This document shows, piece after piece, positions 18,870 through 30,586 of a stretch of 64,000 bases of DNA. Made by a program: the position numbers and the translations under genes. Position 1 is the stretch's first letter. Every line of letters begins with the position of its first letter. The stretch lies in assembly GCA_963768425.1 (NCBI GenBank), contig CAVYHV010000022.1:40326-104325 (forward strand). Reading direction: 5' to 3'. The stretch is from Candidatus Bathyarchaeota archaeon (GTDB taxonomy: Archaea; Thermoproteota; Bathyarchaeia; Bathyarchaeales; Bathycorpusculaceae). Below the pieces are notes generated by a model. That model saw only the letters and a program-made list of their open reading frames with translations, had not been told where the DNA came from and ran no database searches.

Positions 18870-21219
18870 TCACTCCTTCATTTTCCTGATCATTCTTGGA
18901 AGCAATGTTGGGTCCGGTATTACTGTTTCTTTCCAGTCGTGTGCTTCCAGTATCTTGGTGAATTCGTCTTTCATGGTCATTGGGATATCAGCCATTGTTC
19001 TCACGAATAAGTGTAAGTCGTTTGGCATAACTCCCATGTAGCGTTTGCTTAAGTCAACGTAGTGGCTTAGTTTTATGCTGCGTCCTTTCCATGTGTCGTT
19101 TGGTCTGATGCAAAGCTTTGCGATTGCAACCATGCATTCCTCTTTGGTTTCTACTGTGTTGAAGAGGTGTTCTGGTGCGGGTCCGACTCTAACTTTGTCG
19201 CCTGTACGTGCATCGTAGACTTCGAAGTCTTCGGGGTGGTCTTCTCTGCCAAGGAGCATTCGACGGTACTTAACACCATGCGGTCCGACGAGAACGGGTA
19301 TGCCTAAGCGCCAGAATCCAGCGCCTATAGCTGCAGCTTTCTGTGAGTATGCACCCCACGCTAGACCAACAGCACCTAAGCGGTTGTGGATGTAATCTGC
19401 GATTTCTTCGTAATTGCCGCGAAGTGGGCGTTTTGCGAATATGTTTGCTACTTTGATTGCAGCGCCTGCGATGTGGCTGTTTGCGACGCATGAGCCAACG
19501 TTAAGTACTCCTCCCGCTTCAAATCCGCCTGGAAATTCTTCGTATAGTGTTTGTCCGTCGCTGTTGCGGTAACTGCCTGCGGACATTGCTGAGCATCCTG
19601 ACAGTACTACGATGTATCGTCTTAGAGCAAATTCTCGACAAATGTCGTAGACGTCTTTGCCTCCTTTTGGATAGTTGCTGCATCCTACTACTGCAACGAT
19701 ACCTGGGATTTCTCCGAGCACTATTGGGCTACCGACATTGCGGATTTCAACGTCTGAGACTGCGCCTCTGCCAACGCGGCACAGGTTATCTTCAGCGAGC
19801 ATTGCCTTTTCGCCTGATTTGATGATTAGACTATGAATCATGATTTTTTGCGGGCAAGCTTCTTCGCATCTTCCGCATCCAATGCAGGTCTCATAAAGAT
19901 CTTCTAGTAAGGATAGGTCACCTTTTGCTGCTGCTTTGATGGCTGCTGGAATCGCGTAGTCTTGTGGGCAGTTCCGTTGGCAACTCTTGCATTGAGTGCA
20001 GGTCTTAGCGATCTGTGTAATTTCCTCTATGGTTGGAAGACTGGTCTTTCGTTTGCGTATAGGAGCAACTTTTTGGGCGACACGTACTGCGACTTCGCCG
20101 ACTTTTTCTGGATCAAGAATTAGCACGCCTTTGACTTTGCCGCTAACGAGGTCAGCAACGATTTCGTCTGCTGGATCGTTTGTACGGTTCTTGAAGCCCA
20201 TGCAGTTCTTTTCGGATGCTGCAATTACTGGAGCGTTGACTTTACCGGCTTCGTCATAGACGTCTGTTCGGATACATTGTTCGTCAAGTACAACTACATC
20301 GGCTAAGCCTGCACGTATGAATCTTAGCTCCCAACTGATAGGTCCAACAACTCTTGCACGATTATAGTATCTTGTCATGTCGTGTGCCGTGCAACATAAG
20401 CCCGACAACTTCGATTTTCTCGTCAACTTTGTTTTCTTTTGCGTAGTCAATTATTCCGATTGATGGAACAACGTTGTGGCCAATGCACATGATGACTGGT
20501 TTTGTTCGATCAACGCTTCCGATTCCGAGTTTTACAAGAGGTGCTTCTGCGTCCGCTTTTGGATAGCCTAATGTAGAAATTTGTGCGATATCTCCGACTT
20601 CCATTCCGACATGGTCAATCATACCGACGTGAAAAGCTTTAGATTCAAAGTCTAAATTGTTGCCTTCTTGACCTGTATGTCCTACCGCGAGAATTTGGGT
20701 GATTTGCTCTTCTGTGTAAGTTAAAATATCCTCCAAGTCGCCAAGTGTTTCAGGCTTTATACCAGTAACAAGGCGGCTAACGGGCGCTTCAACTTTTATG
20801 TTCAGACCTCCAACGTCTAACGGAGTTCTGCGTCCATATTTTTCAATTAAATGGTGAAGAAGATGGCGTGAGTGGGCTGTATGGCAAGCGGCTCCAATTG
20901 CGCAAGCTAACATCACGATGCGAGATGATTGAGTCGCGATGTCTATTCCGCATGCGCCTCGTTTCCCTGCTGTCAAATCGCATTTTCCAAAAGTACATAG
21001 ACAGCAAAGGTCACAGTCGGGCATGTAGAAGGGCTTGTACTTGTTTAGGAGTTTCATGTCCCAGTCTCGTAGGGTGGTCATGGAGGGCATTGGAGTTGGT
21101 CCCATGGGTTCAGTGTAGTTGTCGTTGACAACTTTGCCAATGGAGACTTCGAGGTTTTTAATAAGACCTGAGTTGGTCTTCATTTCGCCTATTTTTACGT
21201 TAACGTTTTTAGCAGTCAA
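18870..21219 (-). CDS. cdhA: ACDS alpha subunit (Ni-CODH); apparent +1 frameshift near 20397
   Basis: GPTPMP, CDLCCLCTFGKC, IGHN, GLCCTAHD (spans the shift), two CxxCxxCxxxCP motifs, GCSNY and GSCVAN. Confidence 0.95.
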
Positions 21220-21375
21220 ATTAATGACTCCTCTGTAAAGGTTTAGGTATAAGACTGCCATGATTTGTTTTTAAACCTTTCCAGAAATCGAGGCAAAAGT
21301 CATGATCCAATTACAGAAATGTTAAGGTTCTGAGAAATTGTGTAAAGAAAGAGCCAGAGAATATATACACGCTGA

Positions 21376-22140
21376 CTACAAGTAGCCAAGCGTCTTCATG
21401 ATAGCCTTCACTGAAGCATAAGCCGCGCTATTGCTAGGCAAATCAAGCAGCGATTTCCCGTTAAGCACATACTCATCTAAGACTTCGTCCGCAACGATTT
21501 TTCCTAAATACTTGAACCCCAAGTCAGCTTCAGCCTGCTTGCCCAGCTCAAATGGAAAACGGTAGCCGCCGACCAAGTAGAAATTGTCAAACTTCATGTC
21601 AACCTCTTTAGCTATTTTGAAGGCTCTTTTCACGTGGTCCTGGGATTTCTTTGAATGATCCAAAATGTCAAAAACGTCGTTAACAGTCGAAGTAATTCGA
21701 CGGTTCAGGTTTTCAAGCCCAGCAGGAGAATCAACCAAGATGTACTTGTAATTTTTAGTCAACGACTCCAACGCACCCTTCAACGCGGAGTTCGGCATGC
21801 AGTAGCAGCCCTCAACCCATTTGGTGCCAACCGCGAGGAAATCGAAATTTTTGCTTTCATAGAGCCCTTTTTCCCAAATGCGGCTTTCTATGCGTTCAGT
21901 TGGGGCAACTCCGACTGTGGTGCCGCCCTGCTCAATGAAGGTGCTTACTAAGAGCTCGGCGATGGTTGATTTTCCCGCTTCTCTGAGGTCTATTCCAAGC
22001 ATTTCGGCTAGGTTCTGGTCTGGGTCAGCGTCAACAAGCAGAAGGGGGGCTTGGCCTGATTCGATTAGAGATTTGGTCATTAAGGCTGTGAAACTGGATT
22101 TTCCTGTTCCGCCGCGTCCGATTGTTACAAGAGTTTTCAT
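21376..22140 (-). CDS. cooC: CooC/AcsF-family nickel-insertion ATPase
   Basis: GRGGTGKS, DADPD, GCYC and DSPAGLE motifs. Confidence 0.88.
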   Translation of the reverse strand: MKTLVTIGRGGTGKSSFTALMTKSLIESGQAPLLLVDADPDQNLAEMLGIDLREAGKSTIAELLVSTFIEQGGTTVGVAPTERIESRIWEKGLYESKNFDFLAVGTKWVEGCYCMPNSALKGALESLTKNYKYILVDSPAGLENLNRRITSTVNDVFDILDHSKKSQDHVKRAFKIAKEVDMKFDNFYLVGGYRFPFELGKQAEADLGFKYLGKIVADEVLDEYVLNGKSLLDLPSNSAAYASVKAIMKTLGYL

Positions 22141-22162
22141 AGATTAAACCTCAAAGTTAGCG

Positions 22163-22936
22163 TCATTTCTTTAGCAGAAGCTCGCATATATTATCTATGG
22201 TTTTAACGGCTTCGATTTGCATGTTTTTTAGTGGTGTTTCGCCAAGCATGTCAGCTTCTGTGACTTTCTGGTCAAAAGGCACAAAGGTAAGCAGCGGCAA
22301 TCCGTTCTTTTCAGCAAATCCGCTGATTGCTTCCTTCTGAATGTCGTTCATGACCCTGTTCCCGACGAGGTAGAGCTGCTGCATCCCCGCGTCTGTAGCC
22401 ATATCATAGATGTGTTTTGCAATCTCCAAAGATTTCAAGTTTGAATCAGCAACAATAAGCAACGCATCTACTTGTCGAGCGGTGCCTCTTCCAATGTGTT
22501 CAACACCGGCTTCAAGGTCCAAAACTACGGCTTCGTCACGTTCCACAACCAAGTGCCTAAGCAAGGCGCGTATGACAGCGTTCGGCGCGCACATGCAGCC
22601 AGCACCCATCGATTGCACGGTGCCCATAACAATCAAACTTACGCCTAGTGGAGTGGGAACAGAGTACTGTTTGACTATGTCGTCAACGGTGAAATTTAAA
22701 TTGTAAACACCTGAGTACCCCGTGCTTGTTTTAGATTCAACAAGTGTCTTGTTTTCGGAAATGGGGACGATTTTGCGGGTTTCCTCCGTGGATAAACCCA
22801 AAGTTAAGCCGAGGTTTGGAGAAGAATCAGCATCAATAGCGATAGTTTTCAGCCCTCGTGCAACAAAGCCATGGGCTAAGCCGCCTGCAATGAGCGTTTT
22901 TCCAACACCGCCTTTACCTGAAACAGCGACCTTCAT
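22163..22936 (-). CDS. cooC: CooC-family nickel-insertion ATPase
   Basis: GKGGVGKT, DADSSPNL, GCMC and DLEAGVEH motifs. Confidence 0.9.
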   Translation of the reverse strand: MKVAVSGKGGVGKTLIAGGLAHGFVARGLKTIAIDADSSPNLGLTLGLSTEETRKIVPISENKTLVESKTSTGYSGVYNLNFTVDDIVKQYSVPTPLGVSLIVMGTVQSMGAGCMCAPNAVIRALLRHLVVERDEAVVLDLEAGVEHIGRGTARQVDALLIVADSNLKSLEIAKHIYDMATDAGMQQLYLVGNRVMNDIQKEAISGFAEKNGLPLLTFVPFDQKVTEADMLGETPLKNMQIEAVKTIDNICELLLKK

Positions 22937-23163
22937 AACAACTCACATAAGAAAGAGTGGTGAGCAAGGCATTAATTTAAGTTTCTTCTGGAAATAGAAA
23001 ACACAATCGGCTTGAGGCTGATAATTGGGATTTTGGAAAACCTAACAGAGACAAAGATTCTTCAAAAATGATAACGAAATATTTCGTCGACAGATCCAGA
23101 GAGAAATAATGATATATCAAACAGAAGCATAGGGATATGGAATTAGCATGCAGGCCGCTTGCC

Positions 23164-24522
23164 ATGAAAGGAACTAATCGTCCTATAATTATCTTTGTAA
23201 CATCTGTTTTAGCAGTATCGACGATTTTCTGTCTGCTTCTATCTTCATCGTCGATTGCATATGTCTATTCACCGGACAATTGGCCAATGTTTCATCACGA
23301 CATAGGCCACACAGGCTATTCACCCAGCTCACGAACCCCAATTCAAGACACATTGTTGTGGAACTACACAACCAACAGCGTAGTCGGGGCTTCGCCCGCA
23401 ATCGTTGACGGCCATCTTTTCATAGGTTCTGACGCGGGAGTTGCCTATTGCATCAACGCGCTGGACGGGTCCGAAGTATGGAATTTCACTGTTCCCATTA
23501 ACTCACAGATTGTTCATGGCGTAGAAAGTATCGCAATCAGTTCTTCGATGGCAGTGGCTAACGGCAAAGTCTACTTTGGATGCTACGACCGCAACATTTA
23601 CTGCTTAAACGCTGCAACAGGCGCTGAACTCTGGAACTTCACAACAGGAAACACCGTGGAATCATGTCCCTCAATCGTAAATGGTTACCTGTATGTTGGG
23701 TCATGGGATGGAAACGTCTATTGCATCAATGCAGCAGATGGCACCAAAATTTGGAGTTTCAAGACGGGTGGACTTGTAGAGTCATCGCCAGCAATCGCGA
23801 ATGGTTATGTTTTTGCGGGCTCCGCAGATGGCAAAGTCTACTGCTTTGATGCCGCCTCGGGTGCCGAAATTTGGAATTACACCACTGGGAACATTGTGGA
23901 GTCTTCTCCCACCGTAATTGATAATCGCCTATATGTCGGGTCAGATGGCAATAATGTCTATTGCCTTAATGCAACAAATGGAAACAAGATATGGAACTAC
24001 CCCACTCAAAGTTGGGTTACTTCAACCCCTGCAGTCGCAAACGGCTACGTTTATGTAGGGACCGGCGAATCTGGATCTGCCAACCCTGACAAAAACGTTT
24101 ACTGCCTCAATGCAGTGACAGGAGCGAAAATCTGGAATTTTGCCACAAGTGACGGGGTGGATTCTTCCCCCGCTATTGCAGGGGGCTTTGTCTACATCGG
24201 AGGGTGGGACGGAAATGTTTATTGCCTGAATGCTTCAAGTGGGGCAAATATATGGACATATAACACAGGGAATCATGTAAGTTCTTCTCCAGCCGTTTGG
24301 AACGGAATCGTTTATGTAGGGTCATGGGATCATAATGTTTACGCTTTTGGCTATCCGCTGACGACTTCCACACCTTCGCCAGGAACTCAGCCAATGCTCT
24401 CCGTTACAGCAGAAATCGTTTACATAGTAGCTTTTGTAATAGTTGTTGTAGCCATCGTGGCTTCAGTAATAACAGTTCGGCACAAAAAATATTCAAGGAG
24501 CCATAAACAAGCTACACGTTGA
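23164..24522 (+). CDS. secreted PQQ-like beta-propeller protein with a C-terminal membrane anchor
   Basis: Signal-like N terminus, WPMFHHD, about 8 repeats of ~40 aa (VYCLNAxTGxxIWNxTT...SSPA...VYVGS), then a hydrophobic helix and basic tail. Confidence 0.88.
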   Translation: MKGTNRPIIIFVTSVLAVSTIFCLLLSSSSIAYVYSPDNWPMFHHDIGHTGYSPSSRTPIQDTLLWNYTTNSVVGASPAIVDGHLFIGSDAGVAYCINALDGSEVWNFTVPINSQIVHGVESIAISSSMAVANGKVYFGCYDRNIYCLNAATGAELWNFTTGNTVESCPSIVNGYLYVGSWDGNVYCINAADGTKIWSFKTGGLVESSPAIANGYVFAGSADGKVYCFDAASGAEIWNYTTGNIVESSPTVIDNRLYVGSDGNNVYCLNATNGNKIWNYPTQSWVTSTPAVANGYVYVGTGESGSANPDKNVYCLNAVTGAKIWNFATSDGVDSSPAIAGGFVYIGGWDGNVYCLNASSGANIWTYNTGNHVSSSPAVWNGIVYVGSWDHNVYAFGYPLTTSTPSPGTQPMLSVTAEIVYIVAFVIVVVAIVASVITVRHKKYSRSHKQATR

Positions 24523-24556
24523 ACATGTCAAAAACCTATTCAATTTAATTGAAAAA

Positions 24557-24910
24557 CTAAGTGGTCCGGAAAGAAAAAATCTCCAAGTTCTCTTTTTCAA
24601 ACTCTTTCTGTAAAATCGTCTTGATTTCATCTTCGTCAAGGTTATAGAGACCATTTTTGCCTTTGCGCAAAGGAATCCCTGTTTCTCTGAGACACTGATC
24701 TTTTGGGAAAATCTAGAAAGATGTAGTAACGCTTGTCATACATCAATATTATTCTTAACGGTTGCAATTTCTTTGTTTGGTGAGAAGAGCATTTTGTTCA
24801 AGAATATAGACTATCGATTTCGGCTTCTTTTCCCCAACTAAGCGTTTGAATTTTTCCCAGCTTCTAACCCTGATATGACCTTAACTCAATTTCTTCAATC
24901 TGCTTCTATC
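24557..24910 (-). pseudogene. degenerate hypothetical gene
   Basis: Protein-like segments lie in shifting frames: HIRVRSWEKFKRLVGEKKPKSIVYILEQN / LRIILMYDKRYYIFLDFPK / LRETGIPLRKGKNGLYNLDEDEIKTILQKEFEKENLEIFSFRTT*. Confidence 0.5.
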
Positions 24911-24935
24911 GATTAAAGAAAACAGTAAGTTGAAA

Positions 24936-25220
24936 TTAGGTTTTGCCTTCTTTTATTTTGTCGATTATCTTCTGTGTTTTCTCTTCCGAGGGATGAGTGA
25001 TAGCGCAGGAAGGACAAATGTCCTCACAACCTCTGCAGAATACAACACATCTGTTTGGGTTCACCACAGTTCGTTTTTCGCCACCTTTTTCCTCTATTCT
25101 AAAGGCACTCGTATGGCAAAAATCAACACATTTCCCACATGTCACACACTTTTCATAATCGATCTTTGGGTCCCAAGGTATTTTGCCTCTGGGGATATCT
25201 TCGTATGCTTCCTCAGACAT
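24936..25220 (-). CDS. 4Fe-4S dicluster ferredoxin
   Basis: CVTCGKCVDFC and CVVFCRGCEDICP motifs. Confidence 0.87.
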   Translation of the reverse strand: MSEEAYEDIPRGKIPWDPKIDYEKCVTCGKCVDFCHTSAFRIEEKGGEKRTVVNPNRCVVFCRGCEDICPSCAITHPSEEKTQKIIDKIKEGKT

Positions 25221-25818
25221 TTTTAGCTCTTCCCTAGTTGATTCAATGTAATAATTAATGGTAATCAATTATTTCATGATTACTTAGTTCATAGCGGCTG
25301 GCCTTTAATTTTTCTTTGCAAAACGACAGCACTTAAGATAATAATTGAGGTAATAGTAGCTACTAATGCTAGTATCTGAGGACTAAATTCTGAAATGCTT
25401 GGTAAAGTAGTTGAACCAAAAATGTTTGTCTCAAGATGCTGTATAAATAGGTTGATGTTATTGGCGGAGGTAGGGCTTGGGTAACAGTTTTTGACGTTGA
25501 TTCCAGCAGCATTCCTAAGAGTTTGTCATAGCCATAGCGCGCATTGTGCAAGAGCTCAGACGATTTTGGCGTAAGCCCGGTCCGCCTCACTTAGGAGACG
25601 CCAAACTTGTCGAATGCATAGACCCTGTTAAAGTGAAGTTGTGGACATCCCGATTTAAGATTTGTTTATGCTGCTTTAAGCAGTAGCGGGCCCGAGCCCA
25701 AACTCTGATGGAACTTTCAAGAACATAGAGTTGAGTTGAATCAAACTTGTATCCGAGTAGTCTGATTCCTTACTTAGACGTGGTTTTCGCGGCGCTTTAG
25801 GCTCTGTCATGTTAATTT

Positions 25819-26304
25819 CTATTTACAGAATCTGCCATCATCCTTTGTTTCTTTGAGCTTGCTAATTTTGTTGCTGAACCAACCTATCTTGGTAGTTCTT
25901 CTATAATCAAACTTGGGAACATATGGCTTAATATCCAGCAGTGGCGTGCCGTCTAAAATGTCTACATCTTGAATGTACAGTATGTTGTTTTCGATTCGGA
26001 TGAGGCGTACAGTAGATAGTCCTATTGCATTTGGTCTAGCAGGCGAGCGAGTAGCGAACACACCATGGAGTTTATTATCGAGAAACGGCTTGACCAACAA
26101 AGAACATGCCTTGACTAAACTAAAATTATAAAGGAGAATAATATGAGAAAAACCTTCTAAGTCCTTTAAGCCTTCGACATATTTGGGGTTTATTTCTATA
26201 CTTCCTTTAGTGCCCTTTGACGCAGAAGCTTGAATGGGTACGTTTTTAGGTTCCTTGAAAGGCGAGTGCACAACCCCAATAGACCTGTATGTTACTTCGT
26301 TCAT
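25819..26304 (-). CDS. tsaA: TsaA/TrmO-family SAM-binding protein (tRNA m6t6A37 methyltransferase family)
   Basis: IGVVHSPF, GVFATRSPARPNAIGLS and DGTPLLDIKPY motifs. Confidence 0.9.
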   Translation of the reverse strand: MNEVTYRSIGVVHSPFKEPKNVPIQASASKGTKGSIEINPKYVEGLKDLEGFSHIILLYNFSLVKACSLLVKPFLDNKLHGVFATRSPARPNAIGLSTVRLIRIENNILYIQDVDILDGTPLLDIKPYVPKFDYRRTTKIGWFSNKISKLKETKDDGRFCK

Positions 26305-26408
26305 CCGCTCCCTTCTTCACCGTCTCTTAGAAGAGACATTAAGAATTTAGATATACCTGAAAATAAATAAACAAAAAAGAAGAGTGGTAGAGGCGCAACT
26401 TTATGGGT

Positions 26409-26597
26409 TTAGCATTGGTTATGACCGCAACTGCAGCTTTGACTTGACGAGTTACCACCGATGTATTTTTGGGGGTTTGCTTCGAAGGATTTCTTGCATC
26501 CTGGAGCGCAGAAATAGTAGTATTTGTCTTGGTAGATTGTTTTGTACTTTGCGGTTTTCTCGTCAACTTCCATGTTGCATACCAAATCTTTAGCCAT
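26409..26597 (-). CDS. YHS/TRASH-domain metal chaperone
   Basis: AKDLVCNMEV...YYFCAPGCKKSF with a Cys/His tail; directly downstream of copA. Confidence 0.88.
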   Translation of the reverse strand: MAKDLVCNMEVDEKTAKYKTIYQDKYYYFCAPGCKKSFEANPQKYIGGNSSSQSCSCGHNQC

Positions 26598-26636
26598 ACT
26601 TTTCCACCTCCAAAAACATTGCATGATTTCTTGTGA

Positions 26637-29054
26637 CTAGATTTTCGGTTTAAATCTCCTGAGGAGTGAAGCGTTGGTAACCACTGTTACTGAGCTACTC
26701 GCCATGGCCACTGCCGCGTACACCGGATTAAATAGCACATGTATAATGGGGTAGAATGCGCCTGCCGCCAAGGGAACCAAGATGATGTTGTAGAAAAATG
26801 CCCAGAATAGATTCTGCCGAATTTTCTTCATCGCAGCCCGGCTCAACTGGATAGCTACCACTACATCCCTTAAATCATCCTTAATTAACACTATGTCTCC
26901 AGTTTCAATTGCTACATCTGTTCCATTGCCTACAGCAATACCAATGTTTGCCTGCGCCAAAGCCGGAGCATCGTTTATTCCATCTCCAACCATGGCAACA
27001 ACTTTGCCCTCGGATTGCAACCGCTTTATCTTAGTGCTTTTCTCACTGGGGAGAACCTCGGAGAACACGCTATTTACACCCAATTGTTTTGCTATCGCGC
27101 TGGCTGTTTTTTGATTATCGCCAGTAATCATTACAACCTCTAAGCCCATTTGCTGAAGAGTTCTCACAGCCTCGGCAGAGTGTTCTTTCAGGGTGTCAGC
27201 CACAGCTATCAATCCTGCAAGCTGATTGTCTATCGCAAGGAGCATTGCGGTTTTTCCTACTTCCTCAAGCTCTTTCATCTTTAGGTCAAACGCGCCAATG
27301 TCCAAGTTGTTTACTTCCATGAGTCTGCGATTGCCTAACAATATTTTAGCGCCTTTATGCTCCACTTCCACTCCGTACCCCGGGAGGGCGTTGAAGACGT
27401 CAGGCTCATCAATCTGGAGGCCTTTCTCCTTTGCCTTTTTTACTATGGCTTCTCCAAGCGGGTGCTCTGAGTTTTTCTCCGCGATGCTGGCTAACTGCAA
27501 AAGTTGGTCTTCCTTGAACGCTTCTGTTGAGATGATATCTGTGACTTCAGGCTCGCCTTTTGTGAGTGTTCCTGTTTTATCAAAAACTACCGTTTGAAGC
27601 TTATAAGCCGCTTCCAATGTTTCGCCGTTTTTGATTAAAATTCCGTTTTCGGCTCCTTTCCCAACACCAACCATAATTGCTGTGGGTGTAGCAAGTCCAA
27701 GAGCGCAAGGACAAGCAACAATTAACACAGCGATGAAAACAGTGAGGGCAAAAATGAAGCTTGCGCCAGCTATGAAATACCATGCCAACGCTGCGAGCGT
27801 GGCTGTTATTATGATTGTTGGAACAAAAAAACCTGACGCGATATCTGCTAGTCTTTGAATAGGTGCTTTAGAACTTAATGCATCTTCAACCATGCTTATG
27901 ATCTGGGAAAGAACTGTATCTTTGCCAACTTTGGTGGCTTCGAATTTCAACACCCCAGTTTTATTCATGGTGGCACCAACAACTTGGTCTCCGCTTTTCT
28001 TTTCAATGGGGATGCTTTCGCCGGTGATAACTTTCTCATCCACTGCTGAATATCCTTCTGTAACGATGCCGTCGACAGGAATTTTTTCTCCTGGTCTAAC
28101 GACTACGATGTCTTCTACCTGGACATCTTCAATCGGTATTTCCTCTTCTTCGCCATTCCTAATTATTCTGGCAGTTTTTGCTTGCAGACCCATGATTTTT
28201 CTGATGGCTTCTGAGGTTCTGCCTTTTGCTATGGCATCTAAGAGTTTTCCCAGCAAAATGAAGCTCATGATCATTGTAGCAGTATCGAAGAATACTCCGG
28301 CGCCTGGGAACTGGCTTGGCGCAAATGTAACTGCGGTGCTGTAGGTCCAAGCGGTGGATGTTCCCATTGCAATTAAGGTATCCATGTTGGCAGTTCTGTT
28401 TCTCAAGCCCTTGTATGTGCCAACGTAGAAGGTCCATCCGACAATGAATTGCACGGGAGTTGCCAAAATAAACATTAAAATGTTGTTTTGTTGTTTGGGC
28501 AAAACGGGGAACAACATCAAGAGGATGATGGGGATAGTCAATGTAGTACTTGTTGCCAAAAGGATTTTTAGGCGTTGAATGTGGCGTTGGCGCTCTTTGC
28601 CTTCAGTATCCTGCAGCACTGTTTTTTCAGGTTCTATGACCTGGTACCCGACGTCCTGTATGGTTTTTTTGATTCCAGCGAAGCTTAGTTGCTCGGGGTT
28701 ATATTCAACGGTGACTTTTTCTGTAGCAAAGTTAACGGTTGCATTGTAGACGCCCGCCTTGCTGTTTAATGCTTTTTCGATGCTTTGGGCGCAGTTAACG
28801 CAGCTCATGCCACCTACTTGGAGAACGATTTTCTCATGGATAACCCGGTATCCTGATTCAGCGATGGTGTTTTCTATGGTTTTCTGGTCGACGAGGTCTG
28901 GGTTGTATTCTATAATTGCTTTTTCGGCGGCGAAGTTAACGGTGGCGTGGATTACACCATTTAGTTTAGAGAGTGCTTTTTCTATGGTCAGTGAGCAGTT
29001 TATGCAACTCATGCCGCCGATGTTGAGGGTGATTTTTTTGTTTTCTCGACTCAT
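26637..29054 (-). CDS. copA: Cu(I)-translocating P1B-type ATPase
   Basis: Two GMSCxNC HMA domains, [33 protein letters not shown] and MASSS motifs. Confidence 0.95.
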   Translation of the reverse strand: MSRENKKITLNIGGMSCINCSLTIEKALSKLNGVIHATVNFAAEKAIIEYNPDLVDQKTIENTIAESGYRVIHEKIVLQVGGMSCVNCAQSIEKALNSKAGVYNATVNFATEKVTVEYNPEQLSFAGIKKTIQDVGYQVIEPEKTVLQDTEGKERQRHIQRLKILLATSTTLTIPIILLMLFPVLPKQQNNILMFILATPVQFIVGWTFYVGTYKGLRNRTANMDTLIAMGTSTAWTYSTAVTFAPSQFPGAGVFFDTATMIMSFILLGKLLDAIAKGRTSEAIRKIMGLQAKTARIIRNGEEEEIPIEDVQVEDIVVVRPGEKIPVDGIVTEGYSAVDEKVITGESIPIEKKSGDQVVGATMNKTGVLKFEATKVGKDTVLSQIISMVEDALSSKAPIQRLADIASGFFVPTIIITATLAALAWYFIAGASFIFALTVFIAVLIVACPCALGLATPTAIMVGVGKGAENGILIKNGETLEAAYKLQTVVFDKTGTLTKGEPEVTDIISTEAFKEDQLLQLASIAEKNSEHPLGEAIVKKAKEKGLQIDEPDVFNALPGYGVEVEHKGAKILLGNRRLMEVNNLDIGAFDLKMKELEEVGKTAMLLAIDNQLAGLIAVADTLKEHSAEAVRTLQQMGLEVVMITGDNQKTASAIAKQLGVNSVFSEVLPSEKSTKIKRLQSEGKVVAMVGDGINDAPALAQANIGIAVGNGTDVAIETGDIVLIKDDLRDVVVAIQLSRAAMKKIRQNLFWAFFYNIILVPLAAGAFYPIIHVLFNPVYAAVAMASSSVTVVTNASLLRRFKPKI

Positions 29055-29068
29055 TTTGTTGCTTCCGC

Positions 29069-29638
29069 TTATAGAGAACCTTTGTAGTTACTCGTTGCTG
29101 GACAACCAACACACTTTTTGGTTTCATATCGGTTACAGGGGTCGCATTCAACATTGCACGGTGAAACTTTTTTTTCTTTATTCGCCAAGTTTTCTCTTAT
29201 TTGAAGGAAAGGCGAAAAATATGTGTCGCTTACAGGGTAAAACTCCGATCTGCGGATTCCTTTGCTGCATCTTAAGGAGCATTTCTCCATCGAGATGCTT
29301 TCTAAGGTTTCTCTCGTTTCTGCAACTATAAGTGCCATCAGATTGTAGCCACCTATTGTTTTGAAAATCTGAACTATTCTGGGGCACTCCTCGAAACGGA
29401 CGAGAACATCTTGCATCGCTTCAGCGCTCTCCATTTCCAGCATCACGATGGCCAGATGCAGCCCAAGCGTAGTTGGGTTGATCAGAGCAGATATTTTAAT
29501 TGTGCCGTTTTCGATGAGTTTGTCCAACCTCTTCTTTGTTCCCATGCTCGTAAAACCTGTTAGTTTGGATAAATCCTCAAGAGATGTCCTACCATCCGCT
29601 TGGAGTTGAGCTATTATTTTCTTGTCAACCTTATCCAT
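29069..29638 (-). CDS. Lrp/AsnC-family regulator with a Cys-rich C terminus
   Basis: [19 protein letters not shown] and C-terminal CNVECDPC...CVGCP; directly upstream of copA. Confidence 0.85.
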   Translation of the reverse strand: MDKVDKKIIAQLQADGRTSLEDLSKLTGFTSMGTKKRLDKLIENGTIKISALINPTTLGLHLAIVMLEMESAEAMQDVLVRFEECPRIVQIFKTIGGYNLMALIVAETRETLESISMEKCSLRCSKGIRRSEFYPVSDTYFSPFLQIRENLANKEKKVSPCNVECDPCNRYETKKCVGCPATSNYKGSL

Positions 29639-29726
29639 GAGCGCACCAGTTTACTTTATAAACATAACCTATTAATATTGTTTATCTATTAAACTATGTT
29701 ATCATCAAAACAAAAGGTTATCAAGA

Positions 29727-30122
29727 ATGACAAAGAGAATAATGTTGCCGGTTGAAGACGAATCAGGATTAGAAGCTCAAGTAGCACATCACTTCGGAAG
29801 AGCACCCTATTTCGCCATAGTGGAACTTGACGAGAACAAAGAAATCTCGAAAGTTAAAACTGAGCCAAACAGAAGCGAACACATGGGAGGTGCCCCAGGG
29901 CATTCACATGAAAGTTTTCTGGCGCTGGAACCAAACGTTGTTATAGCTTATTCAATGGGACCTGGGGCAATGAATACCTTTCAAGATGCCGGCGTAACCG
30001 TTTTGGAAGCAACCGCAGACACAGTGAAAGGAAACATTGAATCCTTCAAAGAAGGCAAACTCAAAGAACTTGCAGTTGGATGCGAACACGCCCATCACCA
30101 CGAACATGAACATTCACATTAA
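29727..30122 (+). CDS. NifB/NifX-family (FeMo-cofactor-binding domain) protein with a His-rich tail
   Basis: HFGRAPYF, MGPGA and a CEHAHHHEHEHSH tail. Confidence 0.87.
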   Translation: MTKRIMLPVEDESGLEAQVAHHFGRAPYFAIVELDENKEISKVKTEPNRSEHMGGAPGHSHESFLALEPNVVIAYSMGPGAMNTFQDAGVTVLEATADTVKGNIESFKEGKLKELAVGCEHAHHHEHEHSH

Positions 30123-30151
30123 ACTAATAAAATATAAAAAGAGGTGAAAAA

Positions 30152-30568
30152 ACGCCAAAAATAAAAGCAAAAGCAACATGGGTTGAAAATGTACGCTCAA
30201 AGGTTGATAATCAAAGAAACCACAGTGTAGAATGTGACCTCTCTACTGCTGCGGGCGGAACAGATTGCGGTCCAACAGCGCTTGAACTTAGTTTAATGGC
30301 GCTTGCAGACTGTGGTGTCACAATCTTCGCTGATGTGTGCAAAAAAAGTAACATAAAACTGAAAAAAGTCGAAGTAATTGCTGAAGCTGACAAATCGCCT
30401 GATTCGCCGATGATAAGTGGCGTTACTATGAAAGTCAATGCTTCTTCTGATGCAAGGAAAGAACTGATAGAGGCTGCTTGGAGGAGAACCGAAGCAAACT
30501 GCCCAGTTTTGTTCATTTTCAAAGAACCGACTCCCGTAAAGGTTGAATTTGAAGCAAAAACAGAATGA
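30152..30568 (+). CDS. OsmC-family protein; apparent ACG (or ATA) start
   Basis: After GAGGTG the frame reads (M)PKIKAKATWVEN...GGTDCGPTALELSLMALADC...ANCPV. Confidence 0.82.
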   Translation, partial: TPKIKAKATWVENVRSKVDNQRNHSVECDLSTAAGGTDCGPTALELSLMALADCGVTIFADVCKKSNIKLKKVEVIAEADKSPDSPMISGVTMKVNASSDARKELIEAAWRRTEANCPVLFIFKEPTPVKVEFEAKTE

Positions 30569-30586
30569 AGCATTCAGGCTTGAGAA

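Noticed and set aside
23350-24350. ~120-bp periodic repeats
   Set aside because: They are coding beta-propeller blades with synonymous divergence, not a CRISPR array or DNA-level repeat.
25684-25700. TAGCGGGCCCGAG resembling a reverse tRNA acceptor end (att site)
   Set aside because: The match is only about 8-11 nt with no T-arm, so it cannot be told from chance.
25270-25810. Long intergenic stretch containing ORF 25369..25590
   Set aside because: No recognisable motifs. It may be decayed coding sequence but is not assignable.
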